Shown here one piece after another: positions 15,120 to 23,923 of a DNA stretch of 56,026 nucleotides (within the stretch, counting starts at the first letter, position 1; each line of letters starts with the position of its first letter). A program made the translations under genes and the position numbers. Origin of the DNA: a bacterium (GTDB taxonomy: Bacteria; Patescibacteriota; Doudnabacteria; UBA920); the NCBI GenBank assembly GCA_021847435.1, contig JAJZRC010000002.1, forward strand, positions 1-56,026, given 5' to 3'. Below the pieces are notes generated by a model. The model worked only from the letters and a program-made list of their open reading frames with translations, did not search any database and had not been told where the DNA came from.

Positions 15120-18100
15120 ATGGATTTCGCGCATCTGCATTGCCATAGCCACTATTCCCTTTTGGACGGGCTTTCTAAAATTGACCCGCTGGTTGAGCGC
15201 GTCAAAGAATTGAATATGAGCGCGCTGGCTTTAACCGACCATGGGGTGATGTACGGAACCATAGAATTTTATAACAAATGCCGCGAGCAAGGAATCAAGC
15301 CGATAATCGGCCTGGAAGCTTATGTGGCGCCGCGCAGCCGCCATGACAAAGACGGCCGGTCCGATGCCGATTATTTCCACCTGACTTTGCTGGCCGAAAA
15401 TTCCGAAGGCTATAAAAATTTAATGGCCCTGACAACGGCCGCGCATCTGGAAGGGTTTTACTACAAGCCGAGAATAGATTTGGAGCTTTTGTCCCGACAT
15501 AACCGGGGATTGATTTGCCTTTCGGGCTGCCAGCGCGGGGAAATCGCCCGGGCGGCAATGAATAAGTCTGAATCCGAAACCCGGGAAGTTTTGGAAAAAT
15601 ATTTAAAAATTTTCGGGCCTGAGAAATTATACATTGAAGTGCAGCGCAACAGCCGCAGCCGCGACCCAAAGGAAGAAGAACTGAACAAGCGGCTGGTGGC
15701 GCTGGCCAGGGCCAATAATCTCAAACTGGCCGCCACCGCGGATTGCCACTATATTTATCCGGAAGATGCCGAAGCGCAGGATGTGATGGTATGCATCGGC
15801 ACGGGCAAAACCGTGAATGAGGAAGACCGGCTGGACATGCGCGGGCACGATCTTTCGCTGAAATCTCCGGAAAAAATGCAGGGGCTGTTTTATGATTTGC
15901 CTGAAGCTCTGGAAAACACGGCCAAAATCGCCGAGATGTGCAATTTGGAAATCGCCATTGACCAGCGCTATTTCCCGCAGGTGGAAATTCCCGAGGGCAT
16001 GGCCTCCCAAGACTATCTGCGCCAGGAAGTTTACAGCAAATCGCTGCCGCTTTACGGGCAGGACGGCAGCCTGCCGGAAGCAATTAAGCAGCGAATAGAC
16101 TACGAGCTGAACATTATTTGCAAGAAAGGTTTTGACACGTACTTTTTAATGGTAGCGGACGTGGTGCAGGGCGCTCATGCGATCGGGGCGGTCACCAACA
16201 CCAGAGGTTCCGCCGCCGGAAGCATAGTCGGCAGGATTTTGGGCATTACCAACGTGGACCCTTTGTACTATGAACTGCCTTTCGAGCGTTTCTTGACCAT
16301 GCACCGCCCCACCCCGCCCGATATTGATTTGGACATTGCGGACAATCGCCGCGATGAGGTTATTGAGTACATCACCCGAAGATACGGCAAGGAAAAGGTG
16401 GCGCAGATTATCACATTCGGGACCATGATGGCCAGGGCCGCGGTGCGCGACGTCGGCCGGGCTTTGGGCGTGGCTTATTCCAAATGCGACCAGATTGCCA
16501 AGATGATCCCGTTGGGCAAGCAGGGTTTCCATATGACCTTGGACAAAGCGCTGGGCATGAACGCGGAACTTAAAGAAATTTATGACCACGATCCGGAAAC
16601 CAACCGCATTTTAAACATCGCGAAAAAATTGGAAGGCTGCGCCCGCCACGCGTCCGTGCACGCGGCGGGGATCGTCATTACCCCTACGGCGCTCACCGAT
16701 TACATGGCCCTGCAAAAAGAACCCGACGGCGAGCGCATCATTACCCAGTACGATATGTACGCGCTGGATGTAAACGCGGCTTCGCATGCGATCGGCGTGG
16801 TCAAGCTGGACCTTTTGGGAATCCGCAATCTTTCCATTTTAGAAGACGCGGTCCGTCTTGTGGAAGCGCGGCATGGCGTGAAAATCGACATCTATAACCT
16901 CCCTCACCCAGACCCCAAGACCTTCAAGCTTTTGTCCGACGGCCTTACTTTTGGAGTGTTCCAGCTCGGGTCTTCGGGCATGACCCGTTATTTAAAAGAA
17001 CTGCAGCCGAACACAATCTTCGACATTATGGCCATGATCGCCTTATACCGGCCCGGGCCGATGCAATTTATTGACGATTACATAAAGCGCAAGCATAACC
17101 CGCAGCTGATTTCCTATTTTGACCCGGCTTTTGAAAAAATCCTCCACCGCACTTATGGGATTCTGGTATACCAAGACGACCTTTTGACCATTGCGCATGA
17201 TTTGGCCGGCTATTCCTGGGAAGAGGTGGACAAGTTCCGCAAGGCGGTCGGCAAGAAGATTCCGGAAGAAATGGCCAAACAAAAAATTAAGTTTATTCAG
17301 GGCTGCCAGGAAACTTCCAAGTGGAGCCATTCCAAGGCGGAAAGCATTTGGGCGTGGATAGAGCCGTTTGCCGCCTACGGCTTTAACAAGGCGCACTCGG
17401 CCTCTTACTCCGCAGTTTCCTACCAAACCGCCTACATGAAAGCTAATTATCCGGTTGAGTTCATGGCGGCGTTAATGACAGCCGAGTCGGGCGATGAGGA
17501 TAAAATTTACGAGGCAGTGGAAGAATGCGAGGCCATGGGCATTGCCGTGCTTCCTCCGGACGTGAACGAATCGCTCGGAGATTTTACGGTGGTGGATGAC
17601 CGGCATATCCGCTTCGGGCTGAATGCCATCAAAAACCTGGGCAGCGACGTGGTGGCTAAAATTATTGAGACTCGCAAAGAGGGTCCGCGTTCATTTTCTT
17701 CATTGGAAGATTTTTTGACGCGGTCTTACGTGAAAAATCTGAACAAAAAATCCTGGGAAGCTTTGGTTAAAGCCGGGGCGCTGGATGCCTTCGGCGAGCG
17801 CGGCGCCCTGCTGAATAACACGGAAGAAGTGCTGAATTTTGTCCGCGAACATTTTCGCGACCAGAACAGCGGCCAACATTCCCTGTTCGGCAAGGCTTTA
17901 AAAATGGGAAAAATCAAATTAAAAGAATCTGCTCCCGCAACAAAGGATGAACTGTTAATGTGGGAAAAAGAACATCTTGGAATGTACGTATCGGCTCATC
18001 CTTTGGATGCCTATAAAAAGGTCTTGGGCGCGCTGCGCGGCGCCAAAAGCCTGGAACCGGACGAACTTGGAGCCAATGTGGTAATGGGCGGAATCATTTC

Positions 18101-18581
18101 ACGGCTTAAGCGCACTTTAACGCGCAAAAATGAACCAATGGCATTTTTTACCCTGGAAGATTTGTCCGGAAGCATTGAAGTGCTGGTTTTTCCCAAAGTC
18201 ATGGAAAAGGCGGTAGTGCTTTTGGCCAATGACAAGATTGTGCAGGTTTCTGGCAGGCTTTCGGACAAGGACGAGGAGTTTAAGCTGATTGCCGAGAGTA
18301 TTCAGGAATTGCCCAATGACGAAGTTTATACCATGGCGCTGAAAGAAATGGAAAAAAACAAAAAAGTCGTCCTGCACATGGCTGCGCTGAATGATATGGC
18401 CGCGCTGAACAGAATCAAGGAAATCTTGGACAACTTTAAGGGCGACGCCCAAGTATATCTGTCCGTAGGCCTGGGGCCTAATGCCAAAACCATAAAAACG
18501 CAGAGCAAGGTCAGCATTAATGAGCAGCTGGTTTCAGATTTAAAGACAGTATCCCAAATAAGCAAGGTTGATGTGGAATAA
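15120..18581 (+). CDS. dnaE: DNA polymerase III alpha subunit
   Basis: The PHP domain starts FAHLHCHSHYSLLDG, followed by polymerase core and OB-fold regions. ATG at 15120 is preferred over the TTG at 15084. Confidence 0.95.
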   Translation: MDFAHLHCHSHYSLLDGLSKIDPLVERVKELNMSALALTDHGVMYGTIEFYNKCREQGIKPIIGLEAYVAPRSRHDKDGRSDADYFHLTLLAENSEGYKNLMALTTAAHLEGFYYKPRIDLELLSRHNRGLICLSGCQRGEIARAAMNKSESETREVLEKYLKIFGPEKLYIEVQRNSRSRDPKEEELNKRLVALARANNLKLAATADCHYIYPEDAEAQDVMVCIGTGKTVNEEDRLDMRGHDLSLKSPEKMQGLFYDLPEALENTAKIAEMCNLEIAIDQRYFPQVEIPEGMASQDYLRQEVYSKSLPLYGQDGSLPEAIKQRIDYELNIICKKGFDTYFLMVADVVQGAHAIGAVTNTRGSAAGSIVGRILGITNVDPLYYELPFERFLTMHRPTPPDIDLDIADNRRDEVIEYITRRYGKEKVAQIITFGTMMARAAVRDVGRALGVAYSKCDQIAKMIPLGKQGFHMTLDKALGMNAELKEIYDHDPETNRILNIAKKLEGCARHASVHAAGIVITPTALTDYMALQKEPDGERIITQYDMYALDVNAASHAIGVVKLDLLGIRNLSILEDAVRLVEARHGVKIDIYNLPHPDPKTFKLLSDGLTFGVFQLGSSGMTRYLKELQPNTIFDIMAMIALYRPGPMQFIDDYIKRKHNPQLISYFDPAFEKILHRTYGILVYQDDLLTIAHDLAGYSWEEVDKFRKAVGKKIPEEMAKQKIKFIQGCQETSKWSHSKAESIWAWIEPFAAYGFNKAHSASYSAVSYQTAYMKANYPVEFMAALMTAESGDEDKIYEAVEECEAMGIAVLPPDVNESLGDFTVVDDRHIRFGLNAIKNLGSDVVAKIIETRKEGPRSFSSLEDFLTRSYVKNLNKKSWEALVKAGALDAFGERGALLNNTEEVLNFVREHFRDQNSGQHSLFGKALKMGKIKLKESAPATKDELLMWEKEHLGMYVSAHPLDAYKKVLGALRGAKSLEPDELGANVVMGGIISRLKRTLTRKNEPMAFFTLEDLSGSIEVLVFPKVMEKAVVLLANDKIVQVSGRLSDKDEEFKLIAESIQELPNDEVYTMALKEMEKNKKVVLHMAALNDMAALNRIKEILDNFKGDAQVYLSVGLGPNAKTIKTQSKVSINEQLVSDLKTVSQISKVDVE

Positions 18582-18596
18582 TTTTTGTTAATAGGA

Positions 18597-18627
18597 AAGC
18601 CGCCCCTTGAACGCCTCAGGGCGGCTT
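18597..18627. terminator. hairpin after dnaE, inverted member of the GCCCTGAG family
   Basis: AAGCCGCCC-N13-GGGCGGCTT. The reverse complement of the loop reads TGAGGCGTTCAAG. Confidence 0.5.
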
Positions 18628-18651
18628 TGCTGCGCGGCGGTATTTTGGCCG

Positions 18652-18822
18652 CTAGTCCATGGGTTCGGGATGGCGCTGCCGGTACTTGGCTGCTGTAATG
18701 ATCGCTGCGAGCAGCAGGATGCCGGGCAGGGCGGAGAGGAATTTGTCGCTCCAGGCGGCGGCCTCTGGCCTAATGATGCCGATGATGGCCAGAAACAAGG
18801 ACAGCAAGATCATGAATTTCAC
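18652..18822 (-). CDS. micro-ORF 3, 56 aa hydrophobic peptide (MKFMILLSLFLAIIGIIRPEAAAWSDKFLSALPGILLLAAIITAAKYRQRHPEPMD)
   Basis: GTG start overlapping the stop of micro-ORF 2 (TAGTG), with GGAGGAG 7 nt upstream. Two hydrophobic segments. Confidence 0.45.
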   Translation of the reverse strand: MKFMILLSLFLAIIGIIRPEAAAWSDKFLSALPGILLLAAIITAAKYRQRHPEPMD

Positions 18823-18983
18823 TATTGTTCTCCTCCTTCCCCGAAGTTTAATCCGACGCCTTTAAGATCTGCCAAGAACAGCAGGATGCCCAGGCCAAAC
18901 AACAGTGAGGCAAGGATGTTGTGGTTGTTGGCCCAGGATATCAGGCCAATTCCACAGCTCAAGCCGGAAAGTAACAAAAACAT
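18822..18983 (-). CDS. micro-ORF 2, 53 aa hydrophobic peptide (MFLLLSGLSCGIGLISWANNHNILASLLFGLGILLFLADLKGVGLNFGEGGEQ)
   Basis: GAGGGGG lies 6 nt upstream of the ATG. Two hydrophobic segments. Translated by hand, codon by codon. Confidence 0.45.
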   Translation of the reverse strand: MFLLLSGLSCGIGLISWANNHNILASLLFGLGILLFLADLKGVGLNFGEGGEQ

Positions 18984-19065
18984 ACGCGCCCCCTCTTAGT
19001 CACTTTGAGCAATTCGTCCGACCCGCTGGGCTACGAAATTCGGCCCGTGGTGATGATGCCCAGGC

Positions 19066-19185
19066 CTATGCAGGCCCACCCCAGACGTACTGGGGAATAA
19101 TGTCCCGCATCCCTGCAAAGTCGGTCAGGCCGAAGATGGTGAGCAGGAAGAATGTTAGGGCGGCAATCCACCCAATGGATTCCAT
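19066..19185 (-). CDS. micro-ORF 1, 39 aa hydrophobic peptide (MESIGWIAALTFFLLTIFGLTDFAGMRDIIPQYVWGGPA)
   Basis: GGAGG lies 8 nt upstream of the ATG. One predicted TM helix. Below the ORF-track length cutoff. Confidence 0.45.
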   Translation of the reverse strand: MESIGWIAALTFFLLTIFGLTDFAGMRDIIPQYVWGGPA

Positions 19186-19295
19186 GGTATTACGCCTCCT
19201 TTTCGTTAATAAACGTAGTCTATTTAATGTGATTTTGTCAAAGCGTTTTCTGTTTTTGGCTCAAACAAGGGGAAAAACGCTGTGGAAAAGTAGTA

Positions 19296-19324
19296 TTGAT
19301 AAAATCAACGGACTATATTATAAT
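19296..19324 (+). promoter_or_regulatory. near-consensus sigma70 promoter (TTGATA-17-TATAAT)
   Basis: Spacer counted at 17 nt. No plus-strand ORF follows it. Confidence 0.6.
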
Positions 19325-19330
19325 CATTTT

Positions 19331-19653
19331 AGTTCTTCAAATGCTGATCCGGCCACCAACCGGGGAGTTTGAAACAAATAAACCCTGCACACCAATTGTG
19401 TTGAAACTGTGTTGATACAGAAATATCAACTTCACATCAATTGGTGGTAATATACCAATTACCATGAATTGGCGTGGGGGTAAATCAATAATCCAAACTG
19501 ATTCTAGAGACAGCTTGGATGAAAAGCTCTGGATCTTTGGTAAGATCCGGGGGAGCTGGGACGGAAACGTCTTGGTTCGCCAATAAGGCGAAAAAACCAA
19601 GGCCCCAGGATTTAGCCGCCTTATTTTAGGCGCCTGAATCCTGGGGTTTTGTT
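19331..19653 (+). ncRNA. candidate structured non-coding RNA of unknown class (~320 nt)
   Basis: Bounded by the promoter above and by a terminator (CCCCAGGATT...AATCCTGGGG + TTTTGTT, 19603..19653). Internal hairpins at 19390..19446, 19446..19463, 19531..19548 and 19571..19601. No plus-strand ORF. Confidence 0.45.
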
Positions 19654-19660
19654 ATGTATA

Positions 19661-19824
19661 AGACTTACGCACCGCCGCCTTTAAGGCCTGGCGGAGCCAG
19701 TCCGAAAAAGGCGGCTTTTTGCCCAATTACTTTGTTATTTTGCTCCGGTAATGCTCGGCGTATCATAAATACGCCTCGCATCATCCTCCCAAAATGCCGC
19801 GTACTTGGCCAAATGCGTAAGTCC
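19661..19824 (-). mobile_element. MITE-like element, copy 3 (164 bp, inverted, most diverged)
   Basis: Termini AGACTTACGCAC...ATGCGTAAGTCC. The reverse complement aligns with copies 1 and 2. Hairpin stems are kept by compensatory changes. Confidence 0.7.
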
Positions 19825-19925
19825 TGCGCATTTCACAGCTCTGCTCCGAAATGGTAGTTGCTCCCTTGCAGTTAATACCCCGCCAGCTCTGCTGCGGGGA
19901 ACCTTTATTAGTAGTTTTTATCTTT

Positions 19926-21764
19926 ATGAACCAGGAAGAAAAATTGCACAATATCCGCCACTCGCTCGCCCACTTGCTGGCCAGCGCGGTTTTGGAAATG
20001 TTTCCTAAGGCCCAGCTTGGCGTGGGCCCGGTGATTGAAAACGGATTTTATTATGATTTTCTGCTTCCCCGCCCCTTAACGCCGGAAGATTTATCCAAGC
20101 TGGAAAAGCGCATGCGCGCCCTGGCCCAGTCCAAACTGGCATTTGAACGCAATGAAATGTCTACGGCCGATGCCAAGGAATTTTTTAAGGCCCAAAACCA
20201 GCCGTTTAAAATCCAGTTGATTGAGGATATAGAAAAATTCGGCACTACAAAGGCCGATGAAATTTTGAACAGCGACAAGAAACAAGACGCAAGGAACAAG
20301 GAAGGCTTATCGGGAGTCGACAAAGTTACTTTGTACAAGACCGGAAAGTTCATAGACCTTTGCCGCGGCGGGCACGTGGAAAACACTTCGCAAATCAAGA
20401 CCGATGCCTTCAAGCTGGACAAAGTCAGCGGCGCGTACTGGCGCGGCGACCAGAAGAACCCCCAGATGCAGCGGGTATATGGCATTGCGTTTGCGGACAA
20501 AGAGGAGTTGGCAGCATATGTTAAATTGCAAGAAGAGTTGGTTAAGCGCGATCACCGCGTGGTGGGCCCGCGCTTGGGACTGTTTTTATTTAACGATATG
20601 TCGCCGGGCATTCCATTTTATCAACCCAAAGGCATGATTGTCAGGAATGCGCTAGAAACATTTGTCAGGGAATCCTCTTATGGTCCGGGATACAGCGAAG
20701 TCAAGCTGCCGCAGTTGTTTGACTCAGAGCTTTGGAAAACTTCCGGCCATTGGGAACATTATAAGGACGACATGTTTGTTTTGGTGGTTGAAGAAAAGCA
20801 GTTTGCGTTAAAGCCTATGAACTGCCCTGGGCATATGCTTTTGTACAAGCAGGGCCTGTATTCTTACCGCGACCTGCCTTTAAGAATGGCGGAAATGTCG
20901 ACTTTGTTTCGCAATGAGCTTACCGGGGTTTTGAGCGGTTTGACCAGGGTGCGCGGTTTTGCGCAGGATGATTGTCATATTTTTTTGGCGCCTGAACAAA
21001 TTGCCGATGAAGTCGCAGATTTACTGAAGCGCATCACTAAAATATACAAAATTTTTGGCATGGAAATCGAAGATGTATATCTTTCCACCCGGCCGGAAAA
21101 ATCTCTGGGTATCCAGGAAGAATGGCAGTCAGCGGAAGCAGCACTTGCTGCCGCCTTGAAAAAAGCCAAATGGAAATACGAGATTAATCCTGGCGATGGG
21201 GCTTTTTACGGACCTAAAATTGATATGAGCATTAAAGACGTACTAGGCAGGAAATGGCAGCTGGCGACCGTGCAGCTGGATTTCCAAATGCCCAAACGGT
21301 TTGGCTTAGAATACGTGGCCAAAGATGGCAGCAAGAAGACCCCTGTGGTCATTCATCGCGCGTTAATCGGATCTTTTGAAAGATTTATGGGAATTTTAAT
21401 AGAGCATTATGCTGGCGCGTTCCCGCTGTGGCTGTCCCCCGTTCAAATTGCGATTTTGCCTATTAGCAAAAAGCAGAATGCATACGCAAAGAAAATTGAA
21501 AAAGAATTGCGGATTGCGAATAGCGGATTGCGGATAGAGCTTGATGACCGCGACGAGTCAATCGGCAAAAAAATCCGCGAAGCAGCCATGCAAAAAATTC
21601 CGTACCAGATAATTTTGGGCGAAAAAGAAGCCAAGTCCGGCAGAGCCGGATCCCGTTTTGCGGGAAAAATTGCCGTGCGCACCCGCGAAGGTAAAGATTT
21701 GGGCGTAGTGCCGCTTAAGAAATTTGCGGAAAAAATTCAATTGGAAATAGAAAAAAAGAAATAG
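19926..21764 (+). CDS. thrS: threonyl-tRNA synthetase (no N-terminal TGS domain)
   Basis: 612 aa from the ATG at 19926. Starts at the editing-domain HSLAHLLA motif. Has class II core motifs and a C-terminal anticodon-binding domain. Confidence 0.9.
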   Translation: MNQEEKLHNIRHSLAHLLASAVLEMFPKAQLGVGPVIENGFYYDFLLPRPLTPEDLSKLEKRMRALAQSKLAFERNEMSTADAKEFFKAQNQPFKIQLIEDIEKFGTTKADEILNSDKKQDARNKEGLSGVDKVTLYKTGKFIDLCRGGHVENTSQIKTDAFKLDKVSGAYWRGDQKNPQMQRVYGIAFADKEELAAYVKLQEELVKRDHRVVGPRLGLFLFNDMSPGIPFYQPKGMIVRNALETFVRESSYGPGYSEVKLPQLFDSELWKTSGHWEHYKDDMFVLVVEEKQFALKPMNCPGHMLLYKQGLYSYRDLPLRMAEMSTLFRNELTGVLSGLTRVRGFAQDDCHIFLAPEQIADEVADLLKRITKIYKIFGMEIEDVYLSTRPEKSLGIQEEWQSAEAALAAALKKAKWKYEINPGDGAFYGPKIDMSIKDVLGRKWQLATVQLDFQMPKRFGLEYVAKDGSKKTPVVIHRALIGSFERFMGILIEHYAGAFPLWLSPVQIAILPISKKQNAYAKKIEKELRIANSGLRIELDDRDESIGKKIREAAMQKIPYQIILGEKEAKSGRAGSRFAGKIAVRTREGKDLGVVPLKKFAEKIQLEIEKKK

Positions 21765-21773
21765 CATAGAAAA

Positions 21774-21798
21774 AACAGCAGGGTCAACCGCTGTTTTT
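21774..21798 (+). terminator. intrinsic terminator of thrS
   Basis: AACAGC-N10-GCTGTT followed by a T run. Confidence 0.55.
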
Positions 21799-21816
21799 GA
21801 AAGGAAGTTTAATTTT

Positions 21817-22578
21817 TTATGTTAGGATGCGGCTCCCGTTTTGGGTGATTGCAATAGTGTGCTCAAAATGGGCGGAAAGGCTGCCGTCTTTGGTGCGGAT
21901 GGTCCAGCCGTCCTGGTCGAAAATCAGGGCAAATTCACCGGCAGTCAGCATTGGTTCAATGGCAATCACCATCCCGGGCTTTAATAAATCTCCGGTACCA
22001 GGTTTGCCGTAACATGGCACGGCCGGATCTTCGTGAACGTCATAGCCCACGCCGTGGCCGACCAGATCTCGGACTACGGAAAAGCCCGCGGCTTCGGCAA
22101 TGGACTGGATAACATGGCCGATGTCCCCTGTCCTATTGCCGGGCCGCGCCGCTGCAATAGACGCGTTTAAGCATTGTTTCGCGGTATTCATAAGCTTTTG
22201 AGCCTTGGCGCTAACTTGCCCAACCGCAACGGTTAAAGCCGTGTCGGTGTAGAGTTTTTTGTACTCCATGCCGATGTCCAGGCCTATTATGTCCCCCGCT
22301 TTTAGCATGTCGGTTTTAGACGGAATGCCATGGACCACAACGTCGTTTATGGAAGTGCATAAGCCGGCCGGAAAAGGATTTTTTTTGCCGCCGTAATTTT
22401 TAAAGCTCGGGCGCCCGCCGGCCGCATAAATCTCTTGTTCCGCAAATTCGTTCAGTTCCCAGGCAGAAATGCCGGGCTGAACAAGGGCGGCGGTTTTTCT
22501 TAAAATCCCATGCAAAACAGCCCCGCCTTCGGCGATGAGTTCAATTTCTTTTGGGGATTTTATCAGGCCTCGTTTCAT
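21817..22578 (-). CDS. map: type I methionine aminopeptidase
   Basis: 253 aa from the ATG at 22578. Metal-ligand context VVHGIP, DIGMEY, GHGVG, IEPM and HFEHT. Confidence 0.9.
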   Translation of the reverse strand: MKRGLIKSPKEIELIAEGGAVLHGILRKTAALVQPGISAWELNEFAEQEIYAAGGRPSFKNYGGKKNPFPAGLCTSINDVVVHGIPSKTDMLKAGDIIGLDIGMEYKKLYTDTALTVAVGQVSAKAQKLMNTAKQCLNASIAAARPGNRTGDIGHVIQSIAEAAGFSVVRDLVGHGVGYDVHEDPAVPCYGKPGTGDLLKPGMVIAIEPMLTAGEFALIFDQDGWTIRTKDGSLSAHFEHTIAITQNGSRILT

Positions 22579-22629
22579 AATTTTATATAAATTCAGCAGC
22601 CTCGGGAGAAGCATCAGCCAAAGCGGAAG

Positions 22630-23238
22630 TTAAATAAATTTTGCAATATGGTCCAACAGTTTTTTGCGGGCGCCAACAATGGTTCCCAGCGAGGAAATTT
22701 TTTTATACGGGTACAGCATTTTGAAAAATGCTGTAACTTCCGAAATGCTTACTTTATAGTAGGCAATGCGGTTTTTTAAGGCGCGGTTGTTGTCGTCCGG
22801 GCGTTTGGAAAATTTTCCTTTGAAATATTCTTTGCGTCCGGTCATGCGCCGCATGGTCTCGGCTATTGGTATGGACAAATAAATAAAAATGGTATTGCTC
22901 CGTTTTTCCCGGTCAAGCCACCTGGATACCAGCTTGGCCTCGCCCAGCATTTTGGGAGTGCCGTTTAAAAGCAAGCCTTGGGAAGCGGGAACGGCATGGA
23001 TTCGGTCGTGCAGAATTTGCCTGACTATTTTTGTGGGAGTGAGTTTCCCTTTTTCCAGGGTTTCGTCCAGCCGGTATTTTTTGCGCAGTTTCGGATTTTG
23101 CGAAATGGAGCGCAGTTCGCGCCCCATGTCCATGTCGTACATATGGAATTTTTTCGCAATAAAAGAGCCGTGCGTGGCTTTGCCGGAAGCAGGGTCCCCT
23201 AGCAAAATAATGTTTAGCGGTTGCCGAATGCGCTTCAT
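22630..23238 (-). CDS. adenylate-kinase-like nucleoside monophosphate kinase (divergent paralogue)
   Basis: 202 aa. P-loop LLGDPASGKAT and an NMP-binding-like LLNGTPK. Lies directly downstream of adk. Confidence 0.6.
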   Translation of the reverse strand: MKRIRQPLNIILLGDPASGKATHGSFIAKKFHMYDMDMGRELRSISQNPKLRKKYRLDETLEKGKLTPTKIVRQILHDRIHAVPASQGLLLNGTPKMLGEAKLVSRWLDREKRSNTIFIYLSIPIAETMRRMTGRKEYFKGKFSKRPDDNNRALKNRIAYYKVSISEVTAFFKMLYPYKKISSLGTIVGARKKLLDHIAKFI

Positions 23239-23241
23239 TGT

Positions 23242-23817
23242 TTATAATCCCAGGCTATGGTTAATGGCTTGTCTCACTGTCTCAATTGAAGGGGTGCCGT
23301 CGATTTCGTAAAAAACTGTATTGGCTTTCAGGTGTTCCAGCACCGGCAGGGTGCGGTTTTTATACTGATCCAGGCGGTATTTGATTTTGTCTTCCGCATC
23401 GTCAGCGCGCTTTTCTATTTCCGCGCGCTTTAGGAGCCGCGCCAGCGATTCGCTTTCCGGAAGGCTGATGTAAAGAGTAACGAAATTTTTTCTGCCCTGT
23501 TGCTTTAAAAATTCCAGTAGTTTTTCCGCCTGCGGCGTGCTTCTGGGAATGCCGTCGAAAATCACGCCCTGTCCTGCGGGCAGGCTTTTGAGCTTTTTAT
23601 CTACCACTTCAAACAGCTCTTCGTCGCTCAGCAGCTGCCCTTTATCAATCAGGCTTTTGATTTTTTTTCCCAAATCCGTTTCGGTTTTGGCCATTTCGCG
23701 CAAAATGCCCCCCATCTCCCAATAAAAGAACTTAAGTTTTTCAGCGAGAAATTTTGCCTGCGTTCCCTTGCCCGAACCCTGCGGGCCGATTAAAAAAATA
23801 GCGTCCAATTTTTCCAT
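23242..23817 (-). CDS. adk: adenylate kinase
   Basis: 191 aa from the ATG at 23817. Has GPQGSGKGTQA, GILREM and FDGIPRS motifs. Confidence 0.85.
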   Translation of the reverse strand: MEKLDAIFLIGPQGSGKGTQAKFLAEKLKFFYWEMGGILREMAKTETDLGKKIKSLIDKGQLLSDEELFEVVDKKLKSLPAGQGVIFDGIPRSTPQAEKLLEFLKQQGRKNFVTLYISLPESESLARLLKRAEIEKRADDAEDKIKYRLDQYKNRTLPVLEHLKANTVFYEIDGTPSIETVRQAINHSLGL

Positions 23818-23923
23818 ATTTTTGCGGATAATATTTAATATTCTAGCGGATTTTGGCGTTGCCCGCAAGTTATGGTATAATAATGACAAAATACATCCGA
23901 AGAAACAGAAACAAAACAGCAAA

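Noticed and set aside
18607-18999. 130 aa plus-strand ORF (and 18905..19372) over the micro-ORF region.
   Set aside because: There is no SD, and the products are rich in Cys/Gly/Pro/Gln with no pattern. The minus strand has three SD-preceded, coupled, hydrophobic ORFs. This remains a judgement call.
19337-19600. 87 aa minus-strand ORF inside the candidate ncRNA.
   Set aside because: It has no RBS and an alternative start codon, and its sequence is low-complexity. It lies antisense to a unit with a clean promoter and terminator.
19331-19653. T-box riboswitch for thrS.
   Set aside because: There is no T-box 14-mer (GGGTGGTACCGCG-like) overlapping the terminator 5' arm. I saw no recognisable stem I with a K-turn, specifier loop and AG bulge. 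TTGGTGGTAATATACC is only superficially similar.
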